Of a stretch of DNA of 64,000 nucleotides, positions 26,346 to 39,510 are shown one piece after another; positions within the stretch are counted from its first letter, which is position 1; the number at the start of each line of letters is the position of its first letter. The notes beneath the pieces are model-generated. The model had not been told where the DNA came from, searched no databases, and saw only the letters and a list, made by a program, of their open reading frames with translations. The position numbers and the translations under genes were made by a program. Origin of the DNA: Octopus vulgaris (lineage: Eukaryota); contig OX597814.1 in the NCBI GenBank assembly GCA_951406725.2, forward strand, positions 111,166,001 through 111,230,000, read 5' to 3'.

Positions 26346-27676
26346 CTCTTCTATTTAAAAAAAATTTTAAATCTCACACTGAGGGAGCCAGCCTCCAACA
26401 AAAATACAAGGCTCCATCTTTGGGATGTGGTTCACACAGACAAATTCACATTTGGAACTTGAGAAAAGTCTTGCATATTTTTACTGTTCCACTCACAGAT
26501 TGGACTTGTAATGTATGGATCAGTCATTGATTTCTCTTTCTGAAAATCTCAGTTTATCCAGATTCTCCTTTAAGCATTTACTAACAAAACCTAGTGCTGG
26601 AGCTTTGCGATAAACATGGACTTTATGAATTCATAGTCTGGATATAGAAGCTGGAGGTTTTGAAGCAGCTGTCCATAGCTATCCTCTTTTTCTTAGATTT
26701 TCAAAATGATATTTATATCTGCAGGGCAGCTGACCTCTATAATGGTACATACCTTTGCCCCTCTCTCCCAAACAACAATATCCAGTCTATTATGCTTATA
26801 TTTGACAGAAGTTTTGATGGAAATATTCCACCAGTATTCCTTGAGTTGGTGTTTATGAATGGATTCCATAACAGAGGGATTTTCTAAGTTTATTTTAGGA
26901 CAGTCTTTTTTGCAGATGGCATTGTAAATTGTTTTAGCAACAACATTGTGCTACATAGGGAGGCAGTACCGTGACGACATTTTAGGACAGCTGCAAATCA
27001 TATGCATAATGTCTTCCACAGAAACATGACATAGCCTACACATGCAGTTGCACCTTGGGATTACAAGAGCGTCACTATCTCTCTTGTTCATCAGGTACTT
27101 TGTGGCAACCTCTTGTTCTTGGATTGCAAACACATAGCCCTGAAAGTGTAATATGATGTAGTGGTCTTGTGTCCAAGAAAGGCTGCGCTTCTTGTCAGTT
27201 CTAGTGTCTTCAAGCTTCTGGGCAACATACCCATGCATGGTCTTTCTTTTTGCATGTTGAGTGCTTTCCATCCAGGTCTTCTCTGAGGTAAGAGAGCCTG
27301 GCTATTTTGGGGTTGTATATGAGATCATCAGGAAGAGAGTGTTTCTTGAGGAGTTCACCTCCAACTCATACAATGTTGCTCACTTCACTTCAGGACTGCA
27401 TTAATATATTTGTTTGCTGCTGTTGTTTAGCAGGTGCTGCTCAAGTGATACCATACGGTATTTGAAGGCCATCTGCACTGATCTCAGACCTCTACCACCT
27501 TCATTTCTTCTTAGATAGAGCCTGCCAACATCACTGTTTCTGTGGAAGTTCCCAGTTGTTGTCAGGATTTTGCGGGGTTTTGATATCTATGGAGTGGATT
27601 TCCTCTATAGACCAATCAAGTATCCCAAATGTTGGGATTAGCACTGGTACTGCAAATGCATTGTGGGATATTGTTT
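26346..27676 (-). mobile_element. R4/Dong-like RLE non-LTR retrotransposon, 5'-truncated
   Basis: AFAVPVLIPTFGILDW; AIQEQEVATK; CCHC knuckle CRLCHVSVEDIMHMICSC; flanked on both sides by tgtatgtatgtatgtacgt. Confidence 0.8.
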
Positions 27677-27839
27677 TGTATGTATGTATGTATGTACGTT
27701 CTGATATCCTTAAGGAGTTGGAGGAGCTTCCTGTTCCTATAAATGAACATCTAATAACTCTACGATTGCACCTGAAAGGTGGGCAGTTTGCTACTCTAAT
27801 AAGTGCATATATATGCACCTACTTTGACTAGATGTGATG

Positions 27840-28630
27840 AAGATAAAACTATCTTTTATACCCAGCTGAGAGCAATACTTAGGAAAATCCCCAATTCTGA
27901 TAAAGTCATTCTGCTGGGGGATTTCAATGCCAGTGTTGGAACAGACTAGTAAACATGGATCTCTCTAGGACGTTTTGATGTTGGGAAAATGAGCTTTGTG
28001 ATGAACATGGACTTTACATTGCAAGCACTCGTTTTATGCACAAAGGTGATCACACAACAACATGGATGCATCCAAGGTCTAAAGTTTGGCACTTGCTGGA
28101 TTATGTCATCATCCACAAGCATGACATCTATGACATTTGTAATGTCAAGTCCTTTCATGGATCAGAATGCTGGGCAGACCACAGTCTGGTGTGAGTAAAG
28201 TTCCGAATGATGATTAGAGGGAAAGAGAGAAGAGGACCAGTTGGCATTCCTCGGCGTCTTAATGTCCCCAAGATGTATGATGCTGTGTTGAGGAAAGAAC
28301 TTCAGACTTGCTTGTCCAGCATTGAAAATACTGCAGTATGGGAAGATTTTCGAGACCAGGTTCTTCAATGTGCTGCTGAAACACTGGAATATGCTACTGT
28401 CAGACACAGAGACTGGTTTGAAGAATTTAAGTGTGCTGCTCGAAAGCACAATGCTAGTGTAGTGAATGGGGAAATTTTGGTTTGCAATGTTTGTAGTCAT
28501 GTATGCTTGTCAAGAGCAGGGCTCATTAGCCACAGTGGCGCCACAAATGTGAAATATAAGTTAGTCCTAGATCACACAATGGTCCTAAAGGTCAGCAATG
28601 GTCTTCCTCGGTCATGAGTGGACAACCATC
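27840..28630 (+). mobile_element. Internally deleted RTE/BovB-like relic
   Basis: APE motif LGDFNASVG near 27910 joined to a C-terminal C2H2 finger CNVCSHVCLSRAGLISH; no RT between them. Confidence 0.65.
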
Positions 28631-28679
28631 ATATATGTATGTATGTATGTGCAGATTTGTGTGTTTTGTTTTATGTATG

Positions 28680-28950
28680 TATTTTCACGCTTATACTTAC
28701 ATATCTAGACAAACTTATATATATTTAAATGATAAACTTCTGGAAAGTTTTACAGATTTTTACAGTTCCAGTGATGGATTGGATTTGTAGTCTTCGAATT
28801 AGCTTGCTCATTTCTAGTTTTAAGAAGCCTAATTTCTCAAGATTGGTATTTAGGCAGTGTGTTACATATCTCAGCGCTCCAATAATTACAGGTATAAACC
28901 TGAACTTGTAATGTGAATAGAGTAACTATAAATTTCTCAATAGTTCAGCA
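28680..28950 (-). mobile_element. Third R4/Dong-like 3' end fragment
   Basis: Minus frame YAELLRNL*LLYSHYKFRFIPVIIGALRYV...LQIQSITGTVKICKTF; flanked by (TATG)n. Confidence 0.7.
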
Positions 28951-29368
28951 TATGTATGTATGTATGTATGTCTTAACATATTTCTTCTGTGCCTATGTGT
29001 CCTTTTATGTTAATACAATTCTCCGATAGCAAGTCTGAGTTAATCTAAAAGAAATCTTTATCGTATTCCCTACAATTATTTAAAATACTGGAAGTAGGAA
29101 ATAAAATAGAGATGATTTAGCTGCAATCACTCAGGATGGCTTAATAAATCTGTACATTTTTACCTCTCGTGTGATTGAAGAAAATATTTTTTTGGCAAAA
29201 CACGACTGAGAAGACAATGGACATTAAATTCGACTCGGAAAAGAAAAAAGAAAAGAAAAGAAAAGAGAAAGAGAAAATGAGAAGGAAAATCAAGAAAATC
29301 AAGTGAACAAAACCCGTGGTTTCATGAAAACTTGATTTGGTGAGAACTTTGAGGCGTTTGACATGAGG

Positions 29369-29377
29369 TATATAAAG
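29369..29377 (+). promoter_or_regulatory. Candidate TATA box upstream of a splice donor in a CpG-retaining region
   Basis: TATATAAAG followed about 100 nt later by AAG|gtaaat at 29473/29474. Confidence 0.35.
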
Positions 29378-31023
29378 AAAAAAAACTACCTGTGCTGCGT
29401 TTTGCGACAAGGACCGGAACAGTGGAAGTGGGTAGCGTATCACTACAGGTCATTTACTGTCGATAAAACCAAGGTAAATTCTATTTTATTTCTTTAATTA
29501 AACCAACACACTGCTGAATACAGCTTCCGTTAATTTGTTTTCATAAGCAGAATGCAATATCTTTTCTTTCTCTCTCTCTCTCTGTTCCTTAAGCTTTCAA
29601 TCGGGTATTCATTTATTAATCATCTATCTCTAGTTAGGTCAAGGGTTCTCCACCGGAGAATCGCTGGCAATATGTTGGTCGCGGAATTCTTTTGTATGGC
29701 CTTTTGAATGAAATAACGTCGTTTAATTATCTCTCTGGCTGTCAGCATTCATACTAACTTATAACATATTAGGGACTGAGTAAGCTAGATAAATTAGGGT
29801 CTCTCAACAAAATCGTAAAGAGAAATTAATTAAAACACACGTCTTCTCGACAACGTAGTTGTGTTTACATTGTGAGTCATTTGAGCGGATTCGGTTATGC
29901 CAGGGTAGTTATCGCCCTAAGATTAACCCTACAATGAGCACCTCTTCTCTCTATTATGACCGCTGGGTACAGCTAAGAACAGTTGCTTATATCTCTTTTA
30001 CTAGTTTGTTATTTGACTGCGGCCATGCTGGAGCACCGCCTTTTTAGTCGGGCAAATCGACCCCAGTACTTATTCTTTGTAAGCCTAGTACTTGTTCTAT
30101 CGGTTTCTTTTGCCGAACCGCTAAGTTACGGGATGTAAACACACCACCATCGGTTGTCAAGCGATGTTGGGGGGGGACAAACACAGATATACAAACATAT
30201 ACACACACAGACATACATAAATATATATACATATACACGACGGGCTTCTTTCAGTTTCCGTCTACCAAATTCACTCACAAATCTTTGGTAGGCCCGAGGC
30301 TATAGTAGAAGACACTTGCCCAAAGTGCCATGCAGTGGGAATGAATCCGGAACCATATGGTTGGTAAGCAAGCAACTTACCACACAGCCATTGTATGTAA
30401 AGTTTACCTGATGACGATTAAGTTGTCTGCTGTTCTTCAAACATGCAACTCTTCACTGACAGAGATGGGTATTAAAAAGATTAAAGGTTTAAAAAATATT
30501 TGTTACATTTCTTTCACTTTTCTTACGCTGTTAGATTTCAACGCCCTGTGCAATCATCTTGTAATGCCGGCCCTGTACGGACTCAACGAAGCGCTGAAGA
30601 TAAATTACAAACTGAAGACCTCTCCGCTGATTCTACTGTATCAATCTATTCAGTTGTCTGTGTTTTGAACAAATGCTAGAACGTCTGTGACGAAATAACC
30701 GAACAAATGTAAAAGAAGGCGAGGGAAAAGAACATCGTCTTTAAACTGATTTGTTTTTTATGTTTGTAAAACTACTGTGAATGATAAACATCCCGTGAAA
30801 TGTGGGGTTTGAACAAAATAACATGAATTGATTGTAACAAACATGTTGATTATAAACAGCGAAGTTAGAAGAAAGAAATTAAACAGAGCAAGCTAAAATA
30901 CTAAAGAATCATAATTTTTTTTATCATTAGAGTGACAAACTAACTTATGATAGCAGTTATAACCCTTTAATTTCTGAATCCGATAAAGGTCAAACTTTAC
31001 CTTATATCTTCTCGGGTTGGGGT

Positions 31024-31270
31024 CAGCGCCGTCTTAATGCACAGATACATTGAGCTGTTGCCCAAGGGCCTCACAGTCTAGGAATGCAATTCTACTCTAT
31101 GTATGTTGTGGTTCAATGTCAGTGATAGATTTTAGGAATCCAATTCTAATCTATGTATGTTGTGTTCAATGTCAGTGATAGATTTTAGGAATCCAATTCT
31201 AATCTATGTATGTTGTGTTCAATGTCAGTAATAGATTCGCCCGGAGCTATAAAATTACTAAAATGGCCTA
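31024..31270. mobile_element. hAT-like MITE relic with an internal tandem repeat of about 52 bp
   Basis: cagcgccgtcttaa...aaaatggccta ends; the unit ggaatccaattctaatctatgtatgttgtgttcaatgtcagtgatagatttta occurs about 3 times. Confidence 0.5.
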
Positions 31271-32529
31271 GGGTTGGGTGGTAAAATAAATTATCCGTTA
31301 AGAACTGAAGCCGATATTATTTACCTTTAAGACATCCTAGTTGTAATTAGAATTATAATGGAAGAGAAAACAGTTCAAGTATCAATATCGTCAGAATGAA
31401 ACTTTCGTATTTTATTCCATGGGGCGTACATATTTTGTATGTACCGGAGCCTCCAAGAGAAATTCTGAAAGGTGGAATAAGATGCACCAAAACTCCTTTC
31501 GGACCCCAGTGCTCAAGGTTCATCTCAAAATTCGAAGGGGCTCTGAGTTTATTTATTTATTATTAATTAATTCATTTATTTGCTTATTAATATATTTATT
31601 GAGGGAGCATCTCCATCAGATATTCGCTGGCCACTTCCTATTTGGTTTTCCAGGTCCCGGACCACCGATATACTCCCTTTTTATAGGCTCTGCTATTAAT
31701 TATGTCCCACTAGATTATCATGGTATCTCTTACGAAATGAAATTTGACCGAAAGTAATCGATAATTTTAACGTGATCCAGACGGCAAACAGGGAGACTCG
31801 TTAGCATGCCGGGCAAAATGAATAACAGCATTTCGTCCGTCCTTATGCTCTGAGATCGATTTTGCCTTCCATCCTTTTGCGAATCGATAAAAATAAGCAC
31901 CAGTTGAACACTGGGGTCCATGTAATCGACTTAACTACTTCTCCTGAAATTGCTAAAATTTGGAACTAATATTTTTTAACGGGATCAGCTTAATTGTGCT
32001 GCTAATGACCACTGGAAAGGCATGAATGTCACATACCGTCATCTAACACCCTCACAAATCAAAAGTTTCGTTCATGTAAAAGTCAGTATTTGCCAACGTT
32101 TGTTAAAATGTGAATCACTTCAAAATTAGACCGTATATCTTTTACTGCTTTGTTTAGGGCCATGCTGGAGCACCAGACACAAGGAATGTAGTCTAAGTTA
32201 GGACGAATGTGTCTTATCAAAAGACCAATCTAATTCATATTACAGTAGGATTACAGTTGGTTGCCCAAATGTATTGCAAATTAAGTTTATCAAACAAGTG
32301 GTAACAGAAAAATAGAGAGAATTTAATATTGGGAAAAGTAATATAAGGGAAAATTAAGTAGCAAAACCAATGTCCATTTTGTACTATATCAGCCCGCACG
32401 CACAGACATACAGACACATACTACACCGCACACACATACACACCGCACACACATACACACCGCACACACATACATACATACATACATACATACCTACAGA
32501 TAGATAGATAGATAGATAGACGGATATTG

Positions 32530-32562
<33 letters not shown>

Positions 32563-32627
32563 ACGGATATTGGATAGACAGATAGATAGATATCAATATA
32601 TAGGTATATATACGTAAAAGCATATAT

Positions 32628-34034
32628 GGATCTTTTCCTTTTGAACGGCAGATGTCAACACAATTTCTAGTTAATTAAACACTTTTAAACTTCGTATACT
32701 GGTAGAATGTGTTTATAAAACATCATTTTTTCTTGGCTTTGAGAAAATTCTATAGTTTGTAAGATATTTCGTCTGAAATTTCGAGCATTTCGGCAATTTT
32801 AACCAATTGCTGACCTCCATTTGGGGTGAAAAGATTCCGTGCTGTATGAATATGTCCCTTGTTTAAAAAACGTATTGGGTTTATTTACATTTGAGAAGAA
32901 AAAAAGATACCCTTTCCTCACCCCTACCCCTAACCCCACCCCTACCCCTAACCCTAACCCTAAAATAGATTGAAATGCAATAGATCGATACTAGGGTTAT
33001 AATTATGGGTGACATTTTCATTTGACACCGCTAGAAAAAAATCCCATTTTCTGTAGTGGTGTCATATGAAATTGTCACCCATAATTATAACCCTAGTATC
33101 GATCTATTGCATTTCAATCTATTCTAGGGTTAGGGTTAGGGGTGGGGGAAGGGTACCTTTTTTTCTTTGCAAATGTAAATAAACCCAATCTGTTTCTTAA
33201 ACAAGGGACGTATTCATACAGCACGGAATCTTTTCACCCCAAATGGAGGTCAGCAATTGGTTAAAATTGCCGAAATGCTCGAAATTTCAGACGAAATATC
33301 TTACAAACTATAGAATTTTCTCAAAGCCAAGAAAAAATGATGTTTTATAAACACATTCTGCCATTCAAAAGGAAAAGATCCCATTTTTTTCTCTTGGCTT
33401 TCTTGAGAAAATTGTAATTTGTTTGTTTAACATAGTTTAATTTTTCGAATTTTAACCAATGAATCGCCTCTAGTGAGCTAAAATCATTTGCTGCGTCTAA
33501 AACTGAGACAACATCCGGTCACTAACCCTAACCTTCACCCTTACCCTAACCCTAAATTTTAGCCTTTCTTTTTTTTTTTTCTTAATTGTTTGGTTTTTTT
33601 TCTTAATTGTTATCCTTAAATTAATTTAACAATTAAGAAAAATAAAACGAAAGGCTAAAATTTAGGGTGAGGGTGAGGGTTAGGGTTAGGGTTAGTGACA
33701 GGATGTTGTCTCAGTTTTAGACGCAGCAAATGATTTTAGCTCAATTAGAGGCAATTGATTGGTTAAAATTCGAAAAATTAAACTACATTAAACAAACGAA
33801 TTACAATTTTCTCAAGAAAGCCAAGAGAAAAAAATGTGTTATTTTGACATACTCTACCAGTATACGAAGTTTTAAAGTGTTTAGTTAACTAGAAATTGTG
33901 TTGACATGTGCTGTTCAAAAGGAAAAGATCCAAAAAATGTTTTATTTTGACACATTCTACCAGTATACGAAGTTTTAAAATGTTTAGTTAACTAGAAATT
34001 GTGTTGACATGTGCCATACAAAAGGAAAAGATCC
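32628..34034. mobile_element. Composite of palindromic MITEs with TIR GGATCTTTTCCTTTTGAA and internal (CCCTAA)n tracts
   Basis: One left TIR at 32628 and three right TIRs ending near 33380, 33931 and 34033; long inverted arms. Confidence 0.8.
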
Positions 34035-34105
34035 CAAACGGATTAACAGGTGGATGGCTGAATATACCTATATATGTATAAATGGGCTACCTTAGGAAAG
34101 ATATA

Positions 34106-34607
34106 CCGTAAATCCTCGAGTATAGTCCGCCCTTGAGTATAATACGCAAGGGATTTTTAGGGGGCTGTACCTCTGAAAACCCTAAACCTTGTGTATAATA
34201 CGCATTCCTTCTTGAGTCAAGAAGGTCTATATAACATCCTTGGTTTGTAAAAATGTATACAGTAATGTCCTTTATTATTGTATATATAACATAATGCAAA
34301 TGTGTAGCTTTTTTGTGCATTTTGTTTGCAAAAAATAAAGAAATAACAGTAATAACGTTTAATAAATGTTGCTTACTGCAAGTTATGGATGATTCTTTTA
34401 TGACTTCATTGCTTTCAAGCTTAGCTTAAGGTATTTTCACGCCCGACATCAGAAAATGCGTCTGAATAAACATTGCCGGACAGCAAATTGAGACTCGGAC
34501 ATTGCTTAGAAATTAATTTTCATTTTTAACCTCGTATATAGTACGCAGTAGGGATTTTGACCTTTAAATTTTGGGGGGAAATGTGGATTATACTCGAGGA
34601 TTTACGG
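34106..34607. mobile_element. Tc1/mariner-superfamily (Tc2/pogo-like) MITE
   Basis: TA|CCGTAAATCCTCGAGTATA ... TATACTCGAGGATTTACGG|TA. Confidence 0.9.
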
Positions 34608-35358
34608 TACTCTTACTTCAATGATGTTAGCACCTATCTTTGATGAGATCGCAGATAACAAAAGGATTCTGACATGCAAACTGACTGATTGATCAATGAA
34701 ATGATAGTTCAAACAATCAATTAGCTAACTGGTTAATTAGTTAACTAGTTGACTAATATTAATAAAATTGAATATAAAATATCAGCAAATGACCCTACAA
34801 ATGTACATCTGTTTAAACATAGATTTCTCATCAAGAATTTTGCAAAACAAATACAAACGAAATGATCAGACAAAATGGTGAATTTAATATAAAAATCAAA
34901 ATTGCTGATTTTGTGTGCATCCGTGTGTGCGTGCGTCCGCACATGTGTGTGTGTGCGCGTGTGTGTGTGCATGTGTGTGTGTTTTTAGCTTTGAATTAGA
35001 TTGCATAAGATTTTTAAAAAAAAGACATATTTATAAAAAAAAAATTCTCTCTTTTTTTTTCTTAATAATATTATTTTATATAATTTCTCTTCAGAACAAC
35101 AACAACAACTTTAAAGATGTTTTCCAGTATTTTCATAACAACATTAATAGCAGCCGGTAAGAACTGTTTCATAATTTCTTCTGCATTATACGTTTCTGTT
35201 CAGTGCAAGAAAGATTCCATCAAACTCTTCCTCACTTTGTGAAATAGTTTCTGCTCCTGGATGAAGTCATTTTCATTTAATTCTTTGTGCCAACTCTGGT
35301 CCAGTATCTTAAATTCTGTCATTTAAAAAGCCCCATGTTAAGTATATAAATATAAATG

Positions 35359-35389
<31 letters not shown>

Positions 35390-35529
35390 TTATATTGAGG
35401 GCATTTATGTATAGTAATGCCCTCAATATAAATAAATATATTTAAGAGGAAAATTGATGGATTTTTCCCTTATGAGGTTTTTCACGCTAACTACTTGATA
35501 AATTCTTATAAAGATTTTATCCTATTTTT

Positions 35530-35583
<54 letters not shown>

Positions 35584-35784
35584 AAATAGACGTTAAAATA
35601 GTCTCATTAAGGGATAAAAAATATCCAATGAATTATTGATTTGTTACCTATTATTTTGTTGTGAATAGCAATATTCCTAAAATAATAGGTTTAAATCTTG
35701 GTTTTTTAAATATTCAAATAAAATTCAGAAAATGGAGAAGTAGCATTAATATAATTTATTAACTGCAAAAAGTCAACACGTTAT

Positions 35785-35863
35785 CTTACAGCTGTTTCGA
35801 TTTTGCCCAAAAGAATTAAATTCCAGTAATTAAAACATTTTATTGGGCAAAATCTTGTCAGAG
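35785..35863 (-). ncRNA. PLE-type hammerhead motif with a 12-bp stem II (G8>A core change)
   Basis: CT-CTGACAA-GATTTTGCCCAA...TTGGGCAAAATC-GAAA-CAGCTG-TA-AG; partial inverted copy at about 35925-35945. Confidence 0.7.
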
Positions 35864-37799
35864 TAGTAAAAAAGTCTGTTGAGATTTTTTGGAAGAATAA
35901 CATGTAATAACCTAACAGTATGTCTTTTTACTCTTCTGACAAGATAGATAGATAGATAGATAGGTAACAAGATAAGAAAATTCTTTGAGAATTTTATGAC
36001 GGGAGGAAAATATTTACGTTTTTATCAAAATATATTACTGGTTTCAATTTTTTAAAGACAATCTCATCATGCAATAAGCAAAGATAAAGTTTCATTTACT
36101 TCAAGTCTCCAAAAATTTACTCCATTTACTCCAAAAATTGCTTCGTCCAATGGTAGAATGTCTGTCATTTTACAGAAAATGTGGGTTTGAATTCTACAAG
36201 CAGTCTTCAACTTTTCAATCCAAAGGGTTCTTCACCCAATATTTATAAACTGTTATTTATAATTTTGTCTACTTCAGGTTCCACTCCTAAAAATGGAATT
36301 ATATATGTATGTGTGTGTATCATACACACACACACACACACACTGCTGGTTTACTGAAGTTAGGTGTCCCAGTCTCCCACATTATACTTGGTGTTATGGC
36401 ATTATTGATCCCGATGTCTTACACATGGTCAGACACATCTATCTAAGAATTCGGTTTATTACGCAAACGACCTAGATTTTCTGCCCCTTTTTTTTTTCCC
36501 TGTTGTAAATATTACTTGATTGACGAGTTTAATTTATCAATGAAAGTTATTACTTCCTCTGATGACTCACAATTATAATTTATAATTAATTACTTTTCCT
36601 TTGATTTAGTAAACAATATTTTCATTCATTAAAAACATAAGTGGATCCTTCGTTGATTTTGACCTTGTATAATATTTTTGTCTAATCGATGGAACTAAAT
36701 ATTCATTGAATTCTTGTCTAAGTGGCTGAGTACACCACATACATTTGTACCTTTTATGTAATTCCCAGGTAGTATCACATGATATGGTATAACAAAGCTG
36801 GATTTTTCAATCACAGGTATAAGCCATTCGATGAAGCTGCTATAGCTTTCATCTACCCATTTTCACTCATAGCTTCAAGTTGAGACCAGCCTTTAATTAA
36901 TATATTCGATTGTCTCTAATCAACATATTTATTATCTACTATATAGGTGTAGGAGTGGTTGTGTGGTAGGTAGCTTGCTTACCAATCACATGGTTCTGGG
37001 TTCAGTCCCACTGTGTGGCACCTTGGGCAAGTGTCTTCTACTATAGCCTCGAGCCAACCAAAGCCTTGTGAATGGATTTGGTAGATGGAAACTGAAAGAA
37101 GCCTGTCATATATATATGAATGTGTGTGTATATGTGTGTCTGTATTTGTCCCCCCAACATCGCTTGACAACCGATGCTGGTGTGTTTACATCCCCGTAAG
37201 TTAGCAGTTCGGCAAAAGAGACTGATAGAATAAGTACTAGGCTTACAAAGAATAAGTCCTGGGGTAGATTTGCTCGACTAAAGGCGGTGCTCCAGCATGG
37301 CGACAGTCAAATGAGTGAAACAAGTAAAAGAGTATATAACTATACTGTGTCCTAACCACATGGTTCTGGGTTCAGTCCCAATGGGCAAGTGCTTTCTACT
37401 ATAGCCTCTGGTCGACCAAAGCCTTGCGAGTGGATTTGGTAGGCGGAAACTGAAAGAAGTCCATCGTATGTGCATGTGTGTGTGTTTGTGTGTGTGTTTG
37501 TGCGCGCGTGCGTGTGTGTGTTTGTCCCCCACCACCGTTTGACAACCAGTGTTAGTGTGTTTACATCCCCTAACTTAGCGGTTCAGTAATAGAGAGTGAC
37601 AGAATAAGTACCGGGCTTTAAAAACATGCTGGGGTTGATTCATTCGATTAAGAGTATGAAGACCAGTGACGTTTCTTTCATTTTCCAAAATCATTAGAGA
37701 GTACGCTGTTGATTTCAAAACTGAAAGAAACAAGACTAGTCATGTAAATGCCATCATCTGAATAACCACAATTTAAGGTAAAATATATTTGTATAAATT

Positions 37800-38428
37800 G
37801 GAAATATGCTGTGCTTGAGAAGACCCGGCAAGCCAAGTGAGACCATAACCTCGTGGCCTATGCCAGAGGTGTAACCAGCCCACTTATGTGTACCTTTCCT
37901 TCATTGGACACTAAACTCTGCTTGCGAAGACTTGTTGAGGCAAGTGAAATCGAAATTGAAATCAAATTTGATGACTGGCATCTGTGCTAGTGGAGCGCTA
38001 AGAGCACCATCCGAGTGTGATCGATGTCAGAGCAGCAAACTGGCTTCCATGCAGGTGGTATGTAAAAAGCACCATTCGAGCGTGATTGTTACCAGCATCG
38101 ACTTACTGGCACTTGTGCCGGTGGTACATGAAAAAACATTCGAGCCAGGTCATTGCCAGTGCAGCTGGACTGGGTCCTGTGCAGATGGCACGTAAAAAAC
38201 ACCATTTGAGCATGGCTGTTACCAGTACCCACTGACTGGCACGTAAAAGCACCCACTACACTCTTGGAGTGGTTGGCGTTAGGAAGGGCATCCAGCTGTA
38301 GAAACTCTGCCAGATCAGATTGGAGCCTGGTGCAGCCACCTGGTTCGCCAGTACTCAGTCAAATCGTCCGACTCATGCTAGCATGGAAAACGGACGTTAA
38401 ACGATCATGATGATGATGATGATGATGA
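37800..38428 (+). mobile_element. RTE LINE 3' end
   Basis: Homologous to 24510-25207; (GAT)n tail. Confidence 0.85.
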
Positions 38429-38621
38429 CATTCCTCCACATTTTACCTAAAATTGCAGCCCTCTTGGTTTTTCTCTGCGCATTTATTGTCCATATTCATG
38501 CCTTTATCCCATCTTAGCTCAGTTTTGTTTAAATTATGCAAAATATCCTAGGCCATAAACAATTTCTACTCTTTTTGTGTTGTCTAAATCTCACATCTTC
38601 TGGAGTCAATGTAGGATAACT

Positions 38622-38664
38622 GCTGGGCTGATGATGTTCATCGGATCAGAAACATGTTCACAGC
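38622..38664 (+). ncRNA. PLE-type minimal hammerhead motif with canonical core
   Basis: GCTGGG-CTGATGA-TGTTC-ATCG-GATCA-GAAA-CATG-TT-CACAGC. Confidence 0.65.
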
Positions 38665-38896
38665 TGTCTTCCTGTCTCCAGACAACTCACACTGTCTTTT
38701 CCATAATGATAGGTCGATTTCGGAGAATTCTTGATTCTTGAGGTTATTTCCCATTCTTGTTTGGAGTTGATCGTAATTACCATGAAGCATTTGTTTTGAT
38801 CTTCTTTGGAAGAGAAGATAATTTCAATAAATTCAGTAACATGTGTGTTTTAGAAGCCAACATTTGTTCGATAGCTGGACATGTAGGAAACTAGGC

Positions 38897-38931
38897 AGAT
38901 AGATAGCTAGATAGATAGATAGCTAGCTAGC

Positions 38932-38995
<64 letters not shown>

Positions 38996-39295
38996 GAAAA
39001 AGAGAGAGAGAGAGAAAGAGGGAAAGAGAGAGAGGCAGACAGACAGACAGTCAGAGACACAAACAGGCAAACAGACACAGAGACACAGACAGGCAGACAG
39101 ACAGACAGACAAATAGATTGGTTGGTTGGAATGTTTCTGTCTGTGGGTGGGCATGTAAAAAAGATGCATAGACAAAGGTATGTAGGAAGACAGGTTTTCA
39201 CAGCTGTATGTTTTTTTTTTAAAAAGTGTTATTTTGAAAAAAATGTTATAACTTACATTTCAAAATACATACATATACACTCATGTATATACACA

Positions 39296-39337
<42 letters not shown>

Positions 39338-39510
39338 TATGTATATATATATATATGTGTGTGTGTATATATATATGTGTGTGTGTGTATATATATGTGT
39401 GTGTGTGTGTGTATATATATGTGTGTGTGTATATATATATGTGCGTATATATATATATATACACACATACATGCATACACATACACACACACACATACGC
39501 ATATCCGTAC
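38897..39510. repeat. (GATA)n, (GACA)n and (TA)/(TG) compound microsatellites
   Basis: Directly visible. Confidence 0.95.

Noticed and set aside
32918-33695. Telomere or chromosome-fusion site
   Set aside because: The tracts are short, degenerate and symmetric within MITE arms
34620-34672. C/D box snoRNA-like ATGATGT...TGATGA...CTGA
   Set aside because: Too short, imperfect C box, and no terminal stem or recognisable guide
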